Shown here piece by piece: positions 37,405-47,581 of a DNA stretch of 64,000 nucleotides. The stretch lies in contig DAIDHS010000008.1 of NCBI GenBank assembly GCA_027451985.1, forward strand, positions 10,840 through 74,839. Reading direction: 5' to 3'. The position numbers were made by a program, and so were the translations under genes. The stretch is from Elusimicrobiota bacterium (GTDB taxonomy: Bacteria > Elusimicrobiota > Elusimicrobia > UBA1565 > UBA9628). The stretch's first letter is position 1. Every line of letters starts with the position of its first letter. Under the pieces are notes generated by a model that was given only the letters and a program-made list of their open reading frames with translations, did not search any database and was not told the DNA's origin.

Positions 37405-38220
37405 CTAAAATAGGCCTAGGGCGTTGCGCGCGGCGTCGATGAGCGCGTGGCTGAAGGAGGTGACCGCGAGGTTTCCGCTTTTGCGCCAGTAGAACGACAA
37501 AGGGACGCCGATGGCGCAGTGGACCAGGACGAGCAGCAGCGCGGTCTTGAGCGGATCGGCGTGGGGGACGATGGGCAGATGCCAAAGCCCCCACAGGGAG
37601 GAGACCAGAAGAGCCGAGAGCCACGGGTGGGGCTCGCCCGGATGATGAAGATGCGCGTCCAAGGCGCCGCGGAAGGCGACTTCCTCAAGAATGAAGAGGG
37701 CCGGAAAGTATTGGGCCAGGGAAAGGTCGAAGGTGCGCGGCAAAAAATGCAGGGGAGCACCCGTCACCGCATGCTTTAAAGCGGCCGATCCGGCCATGAG
37801 GGCGACGCCGATGGTTCCGGCGGTCGCGGCGCAGGCGGCGACCGCTTTAACGGTTTCCCGGCGCGCGTTTTGCAGGGCGTAGGCCGCGGCCGCCGCGCCC
37901 AAGACGGCGGCCAGGCACCAAAGGGCGATGGCCGTCTCGCCTCTCCGGGCGGCGGAAACGAGGGACCAAAGGGGAACGGTGCCCAAGGCCAGCGCCCAAA
38001 GCAGGCCGCGAACCTCGACGCGAAGCCGTGGGGCCTCGCGCACCCAGAGCGCGCGCACGGGCTCCTGCCGCACGAATTTTTGGAAGGCCCAGGTCAGGGG
38101 AACGCCGAGCAGGAGGTAGGCGTTGGCTTGGAGCCGCAGCGCCGCGCCCAAGGCCGCCCAGGCGCCGACGAAGAGAGCGCCCTCGGCGCAGCGCCGCGCG
38201 CGGGGCCGGAGCGAGTCCAC
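37405..38220 (-). CDS. CPBP-family intramembrane metalloprotease (CAAX protease / Abi family)
   Basis: Motif 1 EEVAFRG (EExxxR), motif 2 FSHALID, plus LWGLWHLP. Multi-pass membrane protein. 271 aa. Confidence 0.7.
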   Translation of the reverse strand: MDSLRPRARRCAEGALFVGAWAALGAALRLQANAYLLLGVPLTWAFQKFVRQEPVRALWVREAPRLRVEVRGLLWALALGTVPLWSLVSAARRGETAIALWCLAAVLGAAAAAYALQNARRETVKAVAACAATAGTIGVALMAGSAALKHAVTGAPLHFLPRTFDLSLAQYFPALFILEEVAFRGALDAHLHHPGEPHPWLSALLVSSLWGLWHLPIVPHADPLKTALLLVLVHCAIGVPLSFYWRKSGNLAVTSFSHALIDAARNALGLF

Positions 38221-38232
38221 GGATTTTCCGTC

Positions 38233-39225
<993 letters not shown>

Positions 39226-39273
39226 GACGTTAGGATAGCACGCCGCGGGCGGCCCCATCCAGTGCGCTCGCGG

Positions 39274-39711
39274 CTAGGCTTTGCGGAGAAGGCCGCGCCG
39301 CGCGGCGTCTTTGCGGCGCAAGAGGCGCTCCCGGCTTTTGACCGCGTCCCAGCGGCGCAGGACCTCCCGGGCCGTCTTGAGCTTGGGCGCTCCGCCGAAG
39401 ACGTGGGGATGGCGCCGGCGCAGCTTGAGGCTCAGGCTCGCCGCGACGTCGTCGATGTCGAAAAGCCCCGCCTCCTCGGCGATGCGGGCGTGCAGCAGGA
39501 CCTGGAACAAGACGTCGCCCAGTTCGTCCTCTATTTCGTGCGGAGCCCCGGCCTTGAGCGCCTCAGCGAGCTCCCGCGATTCCTCGCGCAGGTAGGGGAT
39601 GAGCGAGCGGTGCGTCTGGCGCCGGTCCCACGGGCAGCCCTTGGGCGAGCGCAGGCGCGCCACGGTGCGCACGACGGCGGCAAGTCCGCCGCGCTTTTTG
39701 CGCTTGATCAC
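39274..39711 (-). CDS. mazG: MazG-type nucleoside triphosphate pyrophosphohydrolase (small single-domain form). GTG start overlaps the upstream stop as GTGA.
   Basis: RLRSPKGCPWDRRQTHRSL and ELGDVLFQVLLHARIAEE are the MazG EExxE/D-type motifs. 146 aa from the GTG. Confidence 0.6.
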   Translation of the reverse strand: MIKRKKRGGLAAVVRTVARLRSPKGCPWDRRQTHRSLIPYLREESRELAEALKAGAPHEIEDELGDVLFQVLLHARIAEEAGLFDIDDVAASLSLKLRRRHPHVFGGAPKLKTAREVLRRWDAVKSRERLLRRKDAARRGLLRKA

Positions 39712-40475
39712 GGGGCCGGCTCGTAGCGGGTCGGCACGCGGGAGGGCATAATCGCGGGCAGTCGGAAATAGTCCGTGCGGCCGTTCCCGTCGCGGTCGTG
39801 GAAGCGCAGCGCGTCGCCGTTTAAGGGGAAGACCACGCCCGGGAACCACCCGCTGTCGATGACGTAGGAGAACACCTGCCCGGTGTTGGCGGTGATGAGG
39901 ATTTCGTTGGCCACGTGCCCCTCGTCCGGAGCGCTGCCGCTGGCGTCGATGTGCATGGCCCAGGTGTTGGGCAGGTTCAGATCGTCAAAGGCGGAGTCGA
40001 AGGTCTCGGCGATGGTGCGGCAGGGGCTGCGGGTGCCGGTGAAGGCCGCGCCCAGGAAGTGCCGGTTGATTTCGTTGGAGACGCAGGCGATGCGGTCCCA
40101 GGGCCGGGAAAATTCGGCCTTGCAGTCGTCCGCGATTTTGCGGGTCAAGGAATGGTCGACCGGGTCCAGTATGGCGTTGATCAGCGGGACCAGGGGGATG
40201 GGCAGGTCATAGAGATCGCTGGGAGGAGGCGGCAGGCTTTTGAAGCCGTACTCCTTCATCCGGTTTTTGAGCGTCCACGGATCGCCCACGCGCATGCGCA
40301 CGGAGGCGGGCGCCAATTTCACGTCCGCGAAACCGAGGCGCTTGGACGCCTGGGCGCGGACGCCGGCTTGGATGGAGTCGAGGCTCCGCGCAAACGAATC
40401 CGCGCGCGCGGGCTGCCCCGGCCAGAACAGCGCGGCGGCGGCCAGAACCTGAAGAATCGGCGCGGGCCTTTTCAT
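39708..40475 (-). CDS. Secreted hypothetical protein (255 aa) with a candidate Cys/His/Asp arrangement. Possibly a transglutaminase-like cysteine proteinase (BTLCP-like). Unconfirmed.
   Basis: Signal peptide MKRPAPILQVLAAAALFWPGQPARA. Candidate triad SPCRT...GHVANEILIT...VIDSGW. Start ATG overlaps the ICMT stop as ATGA. Confidence 0.5.
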   Translation of the reverse strand: MKRPAPILQVLAAAALFWPGQPARADSFARSLDSIQAGVRAQASKRLGFADVKLAPASVRMRVGDPWTLKNRMKEYGFKSLPPPPSDLYDLPIPLVPLINAILDPVDHSLTRKIADDCKAEFSRPWDRIACVSNEINRHFLGAAFTGTRSPCRTIAETFDSAFDDLNLPNTWAMHIDASGSAPDEGHVANEILITANTGQVFSYVIDSGWFPGVVFPLNGDALRFHDRDGNGRTDYFRLPAIMPSRVPTRYEPAP

Positions 40476-41140
40476 GCGGTTTTCTTTTTCGCCAGGCCCC
40501 ACGCTCCTCGGATGATCAGGCCCGCAGCGATGGGAATCCACAGGTCGTGGGGGCGCTCCGTGACGCAGAACGCGAGCATTCCGGCGAAGAAGCTCCAGGA
40601 AAAAATCTCGCCGGCGAAAGCCTGGCCCCAGCGCGGCTTGAGTCCTCCGGGGGGAACCTTCGGGCGAAGCGAGGGGACGATGCGCGGCACCCTGCGGCAG
40701 AACTCCCGGTAGCCTTGGCCCTGTGCCGCGGCGATGTGCGCCTCCTCGCGGCCCATGAGCCGGACGGTGATGACGATCATGCCGGCCGTGAGGATCCAGA
40801 AGCCGGAGCGGGACGCCGCCATCCCGAGCCCGGCGGCGATGAAGATGGTGCCCAGATAGAGCGGGTTGCGCAGGTGCCGGTAGGGTCCGTCCGCCACCAA
40901 AGCGTCTGAGTGCAGGGCCCGGTCGTGCACCACCTCCGAGTCGAGGTACGCGGCGGCCCAGGTGCGAAGAACTGCGGCCGCAAAAGTCAGAGCCGCGCCC
41001 AAAGGCAGGACCCAGCCTCCCACGGCTTCGGCCATGGGCACGGGATCGATGGCGTAAAGCGAAAAGGCCAGCCAGAACAGCGCGCCGATAATCCAGAAGC
41101 GGTTCTTGAACTCGAATTCGGTCGCGGCGGAGGCGCTCAC
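40472..41140 (-). CDS. Isoprenylcysteine carboxyl methyltransferase (ICMT/Ste14) / phospholipid methyltransferase-family membrane methyltransferase
   Basis: GPYRHLRNPLYLG and GREEAHIAAAQGQGYREF are the ICMT C-terminal catalytic motifs. About 5 transmembrane segments. 222 aa. Confidence 0.7.
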   Translation of the reverse strand: MSASAATEFEFKNRFWIIGALFWLAFSLYAIDPVPMAEAVGGWVLPLGAALTFAAAVLRTWAAAYLDSEVVHDRALHSDALVADGPYRHLRNPLYLGTIFIAAGLGMAASRSGFWILTAGMIVITVRLMGREEAHIAAAQGQGYREFCRRVPRIVPSLRPKVPPGGLKPRWGQAFAGEIFSWSFFAGMLAFCVTERPHDLWIPIAAGLIIRGAWGLAKKKTA

Positions 41141-41223
41141 GCAAGATAGAATAACAAGGCTGTTTTCGACGGGGAAGGGCCTTTGGGGGGCGGATTTAAG
41201 GGCTAAGGGGCCCAGCCGCGAGG

Positions 41224-42324
41224 TTAGAATGCGGCCAGTTCCAGATACTGCCCCGCGGCCATGCTGAGGCCCCTCTCGCAGGACAAGAACGGGCTCTTGT
41301 ATGGTGCGCCCTCGTCATTGACCGCTTCGACGATTTGGCCGAGGCGCCGGAACAAATTTTCAACGGCCGCGCGCCGGGCCGAAACGTCGCGCCCATGCCG
41401 TTTGAGGCCGTTGAGGGCCATGAGCCCCAGGTGCGGCCAGCGGCTCAAGTGGTAGCCGCCCGTCAGGCGCGTCAAAAAGGGAATGTGCGCCGCTTCTCGC
41501 GCGACGGCGCAGCGCATGGGGATGGGGTCGAGCAGCCCCGAGCCTTCAAGCCAGTCGGCCAGGCGCTTGCGCGCGTCTGCAGGGCCAAGGCCCAGGTAGA
41601 GCGCCAAGACCGCGCCATCGGCGCTCGCCGCCTCGCTTTGATGCGCGTCAGCGAGGTGGCTGCCCCGCCATCGGCGCTCGAACAAGGCGGCCTCCATCCG
41701 ATGGGCGTCGTGGCGAGGGCGCAGGCCTAAATCGGGAGCCAGGCGCAGCATCATGAGCGCGCAGAGATTGTTGTAGGTGGAGGACGGCCGGCGCACGGTG
41801 TCGACCCAGTCGCCTTTCACGCGGGGGGCGATGAGACCGTCCTCGAAGTGGCTTTCTTCGTACGAGTCCAGCAGCGACTGCAGGGCGCGCCGTCGCGGGG
41901 CATCCGGCTCTCGGCCGGTTTTCTCCCGCCGTAAGGCGTGCGCGAAGACGAGCCACGGCAGGCCGTCGGCGCGCGGCCAGGGCATGTCGAAGCCGCGGCC
42001 GCCGCGAAAGCAGGAGGGGACATGGCCCAGACGGGCCGATTCGTCCGTCATGAAGCCGATGAGGCCTGAGAGATAATCCTCAGGCAGGGCGGTCCATGCG
42101 CCGCGCAGGGACTTGCCGAAGTCCGCCGTCCACATGAAATGGAAATGCCCGCTGCCGGCCCAAAGCTCTTCGCGCGCGTTTGCGCGCAGGGCCGCGCGGG
42201 CCAAGTCCGCGGGCTCGCCCTCCTGTTTGGGCCAGCCTAAAAGCGCCAGGCGCCACGAATCGACGGCGTTTAAGGCCAGCGACTCGAACATGCGCGCCGT
42301 GATCGCGTATGGGCCGATGTTCAT
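41224..42324 (-). CDS. Hypothetical protein, possibly a six-hairpin (alpha/alpha)6 glycosidase-like enzyme (GH63/GDE_C-like)
   Basis: 366 aa, soluble. GDWVDT and YLSGLIGFMTDE are reminiscent of (alpha/alpha)6-barrel glycosidases. Recognition is weak. Confidence 0.4.
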   Translation of the reverse strand: MNIGPYAITARMFESLALNAVDSWRLALLGWPKQEGEPADLARAALRANAREELWAGSGHFHFMWTADFGKSLRGAWTALPEDYLSGLIGFMTDESARLGHVPSCFRGGRGFDMPWPRADGLPWLVFAHALRREKTGREPDAPRRRALQSLLDSYEESHFEDGLIAPRVKGDWVDTVRRPSSTYNNLCALMMLRLAPDLGLRPRHDAHRMEAALFERRWRGSHLADAHQSEAASADGAVLALYLGLGPADARKRLADWLEGSGLLDPIPMRCAVAREAAHIPFLTRLTGGYHLSRWPHLGLMALNGLKRHGRDVSARRAAVENLFRRLGQIVEAVNDEGAPYKSPFLSCERGLSMAAGQYLELAAF

Positions 42325-42339
42325 GCGGGAGGCGGCGGA

Positions 42340-43440
42340 TCAGCTCAAGGCTTTGTAAAGGAAAGGCAGGCTCTTGTCCATTCGGTAGTCGACGTCGGAG
42401 TGGTTGTCGTCGAACTCCTCGTAGACGTGGCGGGCGCCGGCCTCGGAGAGCCTCTGCGAGAGGATGCGCATGCCGTAATGGATGTGGTACTGGTCTCTCC
42501 AGCCGCAGTCGAGGTAGATCCCGCGCATGGACTTGAGGCTCTGGCGGTAGCGGGAAACAAGGCGAATCGGATCGTGCGCCTGCCAATGCCGCCAGCGCTC
42601 GGGCAGCGCCTCTCCCGACTCCATGTTGAAGGGCACGCGAAATCCAAGCGGCGCCTTGGGATCCGGGTCGTAGGTGGCCGCCATGCAGAGGTTCATGATG
42701 GCGTGGCCCTCGGCGCCCGAGACTTTCTCCCGGCTCCAGACGCTGCGCAAAAAACGCTTGATGCGCCCGTCATCGAGTCCTTGCGCGAGGCCGCCGCGCC
42801 AGGCTTCTTTGCGCGCGTCGTAGGCGCCCGGCCGGCGTTTGGGGGCGCGGTGCTTGGCCAGTTCGTTCAAGGTGTTGGCCCAGTCGTTCCAGTAGACGAA
42901 GTCGAAGTAGGCGTCGCCCGAGTGATCCGCGATTGCGCCCCAGTATTTGGCGTACTGCATGGCGTGGATGATGGCGCCGTAGCCACCCGAGGACTTGCCG
43001 AAGCAGCCGCGGTGGCGGCGGTCCGCCAGCGTGCGGAACTTGCCGTCTATGAAGGGGATGATTTCGCGCGTCAAATAGTCCGCGTAGCGGCCCACGGCCG
43101 AGGAATTGACGTACTGGTTGCCGCCTAGGGCCGTGAAGCAGTCCGGAAAAACCAGGATGACCGGCCCCATCTTTTTTTCATGGATGAGCCTGGCCGCGCG
43201 CTCGGGCACGTTGTCGCCGAATGCCTTCCAGCCCACGTGGAAAAGCCCGGAGCCGGTGAATCCCACCAAATCGTAGAGAACGGGATAGCGCCGGCCGGGG
43301 TTTTTCTCGTAATCCGGCGGCAGCCACACCGCGAGCTTGCGCTCGTGCGGATCGCCCCAAGGGTTGCCCTTTAAGACCTGAGAGCGGTGATCGAGGACGA
43401 CGAGTATTCCGGCGGGGCCTTTGGGACGCTTCAAAGCCAT
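42340..43440 (-). CDS. Putative esterase (esterase D / enterochelin-esterase-like alpha/beta hydrolase)
   Basis: GKSSGGYGA contains GxSxG. Size and layout match the PF00756-type esterase. ATG at 43440 gives MALKRPKG. 16 nt downstream of the previous gene. Confidence 0.6.
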   Translation of the reverse strand: MALKRPKGPAGILVVLDHRSQVLKGNPWGDPHERKLAVWLPPDYEKNPGRRYPVLYDLVGFTGSGLFHVGWKAFGDNVPERAARLIHEKKMGPVILVFPDCFTALGGNQYVNSSAVGRYADYLTREIIPFIDGKFRTLADRRHRGCFGKSSGGYGAIIHAMQYAKYWGAIADHSGDAYFDFVYWNDWANTLNELAKHRAPKRRPGAYDARKEAWRGGLAQGLDDGRIKRFLRSVWSREKVSGAEGHAIMNLCMAATYDPDPKAPLGFRVPFNMESGEALPERWRHWQAHDPIRLVSRYRQSLKSMRGIYLDCGWRDQYHIHYGMRILSQRLSEAGARHVYEEFDDNHSDVDYRMDKSLPFLYKALS

Positions 43441-43576
43441 GACGCCTAATTTAACATTAAACAGGCCTAAAGTCCCAAAAAGCTGCGGGCCAAAAGGCGG
43501 CCAAAGACGGCCTGCTATGCCCATTCGAAGCTGGACTTAAATATCGATACTTCCTAATTAAGGATTTAATGGCGTC

Positions 43577-44704
43577 ATGAATATCCGTGCGAAAGGGAGG
43601 CGCGCGATTGTCGCGGCGTCGCTCTGTTTGGTTCTAGCCCCCGCCGCGCGGGCGGCCCCATCCATTTTCGGCTTCAATTTTCCCTGCTGGGGCAAGGATT
43701 GTTACGAGGCCCCGGCGGCGAGCCAAAGCCTCCAGGCTCTGGCAAAAACCGGAGCGCGCTGGATCGCCGTGACGCCGACGTGGTACATGGACGGCTCCCG
43801 CGCGTCCTCCCTCGCGCCGTCCGCGTCTACGCCGTCCGATGAGTCCGTGCGCTTCGCGATACGCCAAGCCAAAGCCCTCGGACTTTCGGTGGCGCTCAAG
43901 CCGCACGTGGATTTGGACAACGGGGATCCGCGTTCGGACATCGATCCGAGGAACGCGGCGGCGTGGTTCAAGGAATATCGCGCGATGATTCTGCATTACG
44001 CGGCCATCGCCACCCAGGAGCACGCGGATCTTTTCATCGTGGGAACCGAACTGCTGCACGTCGACGGCCCGGCGCATCTCCGCGATTGGCGCGGCCTCAT
44101 CGCCGCGGTGCGCGCCGTTTATCATGGGCCGCTGACCTACGCGGCCAATTGCTACAACTTTATCCGGATTCCTTTCTGGGGCGATCTCGACTACATCGGC
44201 ATCGACGGGTACTTCCCCGTGCTTGGCGGCGATAATGAAAAAGTGATGGAGGCCTCGTGGCAGCCCTACAAGCTTCTCATCGAAGCCGAAAGCGGCGTCT
44301 TCGGCAAGCCCGTTTTGTTCACGGAAATCGGAATCGCCAGCCAGAAAGGAGCCAATCTCAAGCCTTGGGCTTACAATAATTTCGGGAAGGCCGACGACAA
44401 GGTCCAAGCGGCGTATTTGGACTCTTTCCTGCGCGCGCTCAGCGGGGAGAAATGGTTCGCCGGATTTTTAGAGTGGGATTGGGAGGCGGATTCCAGCGGA
44501 CAAGCCCAGGGAGACAAGAGCATGAGCGTCCGCGGTAAGCCGGCGCTCCAGGTGCTGACGCGCTATTTCGATTTGTGGCGGGGAATCGTTCCGTCGGCCT
44601 CGATCTCCAGCCTAAGCTCCTCCTTCAAGACGCATGCCGCCGCGGGGCTCAAGCTTGTCCGCCCGAACGCTTTCGACGGCGGCGCGGCCGCAATCCGTCC
44701 TTAA
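43577..44704 (+). CDS. Secreted glycoside hydrolase, clan GH-A TIM-barrel type (GH113/GH26-like, subfamily uncertain)
   Basis: Signal peptide MNIRAKGRRAIVAASLCLVLAPAARA. LFIVGTEL and VLFTEIGIAS are candidate acid/base and nucleophile glutamates of a clan-A hydrolase. 375 aa. Confidence 0.5.
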   Translation: MNIRAKGRRAIVAASLCLVLAPAARAAPSIFGFNFPCWGKDCYEAPAASQSLQALAKTGARWIAVTPTWYMDGSRASSLAPSASTPSDESVRFAIRQAKALGLSVALKPHVDLDNGDPRSDIDPRNAAAWFKEYRAMILHYAAIATQEHADLFIVGTELLHVDGPAHLRDWRGLIAAVRAVYHGPLTYAANCYNFIRIPFWGDLDYIGIDGYFPVLGGDNEKVMEASWQPYKLLIEAESGVFGKPVLFTEIGIASQKGANLKPWAYNNFGKADDKVQAAYLDSFLRALSGEKWFAGFLEWDWEADSSGQAQGDKSMSVRGKPALQVLTRYFDLWRGIVPSASISSLSSSFKTHAAAGLKLVRPNAFDGGAAAIRP

Positions 44705-44732
44705 GAAAGGGCGCCGGCAAAGGCCGCCCGGC

Positions 44733-46925
44733 CTATTTCAGGGAAGAAAAGACGCGGATGAGCGGTCCGCTGAGAAGATAAAGTCCGACCACGGCGGGCA
44801 GAACAAGCGGCGGATAGCCCAGGAAAGTCACGGCCGCGCTGACGATGCAGGCCGCGAGAAGAGGGACGAAGAGCGCTTTGGCGCCGCCTTTCTTGAAGGC
44901 CGGATAAGGAAGCCTGGATACCATGGCCGAGGCAGCGACTAAGGTCATGGCCGCCAGCGCGAGCGGGGCGTGGGCCAGGAAAAGAGCCGCGACCGAGACG
45001 ACGCCGGCGCCCGCGGGGATGGGCATGCCGGTGAAATAGTCGCCTTTCTTCGCGCCGGCAGCTTCGTCGTGGGCCGCGTCTTTCCCGGCTTTGGCCGAGA
45101 CGTTGAAACGAGCCAGGCGCCAAGCGCCTGCCGCGGCGAACGCCGCCGCGACGGGAAAGCCCGCCCAGCCGAGAGCCGGGAGGAGCGCCGCCTTGAAGGC
45201 CAAAAAGGCCGGGGCCGCGCCGAAGGAGACCATGTCCGCCAACGAGTCCAAATCAACGCCCAGGGGATTGCGGGCCTTGAGCATGCGGGCGACGCGGCCG
45301 TCGAACATGTCGAAGACCGCCGCCGCGCCGATGGCCAGGGCGGCGGGAGCGAAGAGTCCCTGCGAGGCCAGGACGAACGCGAGCAGGCCGGAGCTAAGAT
45401 TCATGAGCGTCAAGGCATTGGGCGCGGCCGCGCGCCAATTCAAGGAGCGCTTGGCCGCGGCCGGAGCGGCCGGGGTTTGCGCCGGCGCCTCTTGCGGCGC
45501 CGCAGGCGCGGCGGTTTGCCCGCGCCCAGGCACGTTGTAGAGGCCGGGTCGGTGGCTCTGCACGAAATCATAGGCGGCGTAGGGCATCAGGGCGTGGTTG
45601 CCGGTGCGCACCAGAGTTGAGGAGGCTTCGAAGGGAATCGGCGGCAGGAAGTGAACCTGCATCCTGGTCGGCACGTGCTCCTCGCCGCCGTCGCGCGCGA
45701 TGAAGATGGCCTCGACCGAGTGATGGGAGGCGTCGAAGCCCAGGGCCGGGTCGCCGGCGTTCTTTTCCAGCTTGGGCAGTGTGTCGGGGTTGCCCTTCTT
45801 GTCCGTCAGGCGGTAGTGGTCGCCGCCGACCAGGTAGAAGGCCTTGACGCGGCGCCCGGCGTTCAGCGCGAGGATGCGGAACAAGTTGGTCTCGCCGTCA
45901 TAGTTGGTGCCCACGGCGATGGGAGAATACTCGAAGAACGGGGCGAAGGCGTCCAGGACCGCGCGGCCCATGGGGTGGCGGAAATCGGAGGGAGTCATGC
46001 TGGGCTTGCGCGGATCGTCGCCGGCCAGGACGTAAACGACCTTGTCGAGGCCGAAAGCGGCGATGGCGCGCAGACCGATGAGGAGATGCCCCCACTGGAA
46101 CGGGTCGGCGGCGACGGGATAGATGCCGACGCGCATTTCGCGGTCTTGCGGAGCGGCTTGAGGGGCCTTCGCCGAAGCGCGCAGCGTCCCGCGCGGATCG
46201 ATTTTACCCGCGGCCATGTCGCGGGCAATGTGGCCCAGCAAATCGTCGCCCTCGGCGCGGACCTGGCTTAAAATGGGGCGGTCGGCGGGCTCCAGGTGAC
46301 GCATGGCGTCCAATTGGGCGTGGAGCGCGCGGCGCACGCGGCCGATAATCTGCGCGCGCTCGGCCGACGGAATGGCCGAGGGCGCCTGCGCGCTTTCGCT
46401 TTCGAAGGCCTGCTCGAGTTCCGCAAAATTCCGCTTGAGGACTTTTTCCTCGCGCGGGCCGGGGTTGAGCGCGGTAGTGCCTTCGGCGGAGGGGTCGGCG
46501 GGAAAGTTCTTGGCCGCCTCTTTTGCGGCCGGAAGCGGCGTTTTGTTCTGAGAAATTTCGACGGACCCGCTTGGCACGGCGGCTTGCCGCGGCAGGCTCT
46601 GCGCGGCCGCAGGCGCTGCGGCCCTTTCTGCCGGTGCGGCCGCCGCGTTCTCCGGAAGCCGGGGCGCCTCGGCCGCCGCCTGCAAATCGGAAAAGGGAAG
46701 GGAAAGCTGGGAGAAATCTCCGGACAGCGTCTGAATGCTTCCGATTTGAGGCAGCGCGCCCGGCAGAGCGGAAGCGCCGCCGAACTCCGCCGCGGGAACG
46801 CCGCCGTCTTCGGCTGCGGCCCCGGCCCAAGACGGGGGAGGAACAAGGGAGAAGACGATGGCCAGCGCGATCGCGCAAGCCAGGGTTTTCTTAAGTTTCT
46901 CGATCCGCGATTCCAGATGCTTCAT
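44733..46925 (-). CDS. Fusion protein: N-terminal membrane anchor, ~250-aa Ala/Pro-rich region, NadD-like (NaMN adenylyltransferase family) nucleotidyltransferase domain, and a C-terminal CDP-alcohol phosphatidyltransferase domain
   Basis: GIYPVAADPFQWGHL is the (H/T)xGH nucleotidyltransferase motif. EASSTLVR matches the ISSTxxR motif. The C-terminal DMFDGRVARMLKARNPLGVDLDSLADMVS is the CDP-OH phosphotransferase signature D-G-x2-A-R-x8-G-x3-D-x3-D, within multiple transmembrane segments. Confidence 0.65.
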   Translation of the reverse strand: MKHLESRIEKLKKTLACAIALAIVFSLVPPPSWAGAAAEDGGVPAAEFGGASALPGALPQIGSIQTLSGDFSQLSLPFSDLQAAAEAPRLPENAAAAPAERAAAPAAAQSLPRQAAVPSGSVEISQNKTPLPAAKEAAKNFPADPSAEGTTALNPGPREEKVLKRNFAELEQAFESESAQAPSAIPSAERAQIIGRVRRALHAQLDAMRHLEPADRPILSQVRAEGDDLLGHIARDMAAGKIDPRGTLRASAKAPQAAPQDREMRVGIYPVAADPFQWGHLLIGLRAIAAFGLDKVVYVLAGDDPRKPSMTPSDFRHPMGRAVLDAFAPFFEYSPIAVGTNYDGETNLFRILALNAGRRVKAFYLVGGDHYRLTDKKGNPDTLPKLEKNAGDPALGFDASHHSVEAIFIARDGGEEHVPTRMQVHFLPPIPFEASSTLVRTGNHALMPYAAYDFVQSHRPGLYNVPGRGQTAAPAAPQEAPAQTPAAPAAAKRSLNWRAAAPNALTLMNLSSGLLAFVLASQGLFAPAALAIGAAAVFDMFDGRVARMLKARNPLGVDLDSLADMVSFGAAPAFLAFKAALLPALGWAGFPVAAAFAAAGAWRLARFNVSAKAGKDAAHDEAAGAKKGDYFTGMPIPAGAGVVSVAALFLAHAPLALAAMTLVAASAMVSRLPYPAFKKGGAKALFVPLLAACIVSAAVTFLGYPPLVLPAVVGLYLLSGPLIRVFSSLK

Positions 46926-47073
46926 CCTAAATACACTATGCCACAGAACGGGCGTTCAAACCAGGGCCCTTGGGGCCTTCGGAGACTGGGTCTCCCGGGG
47001 CAGCGGCCGTTCTCCTTTCAAATGCCAAGTTAAAGCACTTGGCAGTTCTTAACTGTATAATAACGGCGTCAAT

Positions 47074-47478
47074 ATGGATGAAGCGAAGGCCCTGACGGTG
47101 CTCATCGCGGACGACGATCCGGTCATCTGCAGAATGCTGGAACACGCCCTCCAAAAGCGGCGGATCAACGCGCTGAGCGCCGATTCTATTTCCGCGGTTG
47201 AGGCGGCGCTCAAGACAGGAAAGCCCGACGCGGCGCTCATCGATCTGGTGCTGGGACAAGACAGCGGCTGGGAGGCCTTGAGCGTTCTTCGTCGGCATAG
47301 CCGGATTCCTGTGATATTGATGACGGGCGGCGCCGTCAATGAGGAAACCGAGAAGGATGCCAAGCTGCTGGGCGCCCAGGCCGTGGTCTCGAAGCCGTTT
47401 GAAGTTGCCGAGATCGTCCGCCTCCTGTCTGATTTGTTTGGGAAATTCCCTCCGCCGCTCCTCCCGCCGCAGGCTTAA
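47074..47478 (+). CDS. Single-domain response regulator (CheY-like receiver)
   Basis: LIADDD, the phospho-acceptor region ALIDLVLGQDSGW and VVSKPF. 134 aa. Confidence 0.8.
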   Translation: MDEAKALTVLIADDDPVICRMLEHALQKRRINALSADSISAVEAALKTGKPDAALIDLVLGQDSGWEALSVLRRHSRIPVILMTGGAVNEETEKDAKLLGAQAVVSKPFEVAEIVRLLSDLFGKFPPPLLPPQA

Positions 47479-47581
47479 GCCGGATTTAAGCGGCCGGTAA
47501 CTTCGCCAACAGCTGCCGGGGCCACACTTCCAGATGAAGGCGCAAAGCAGGGGCGCCTCGAAGAATCCTGGAGGTGGAAAA

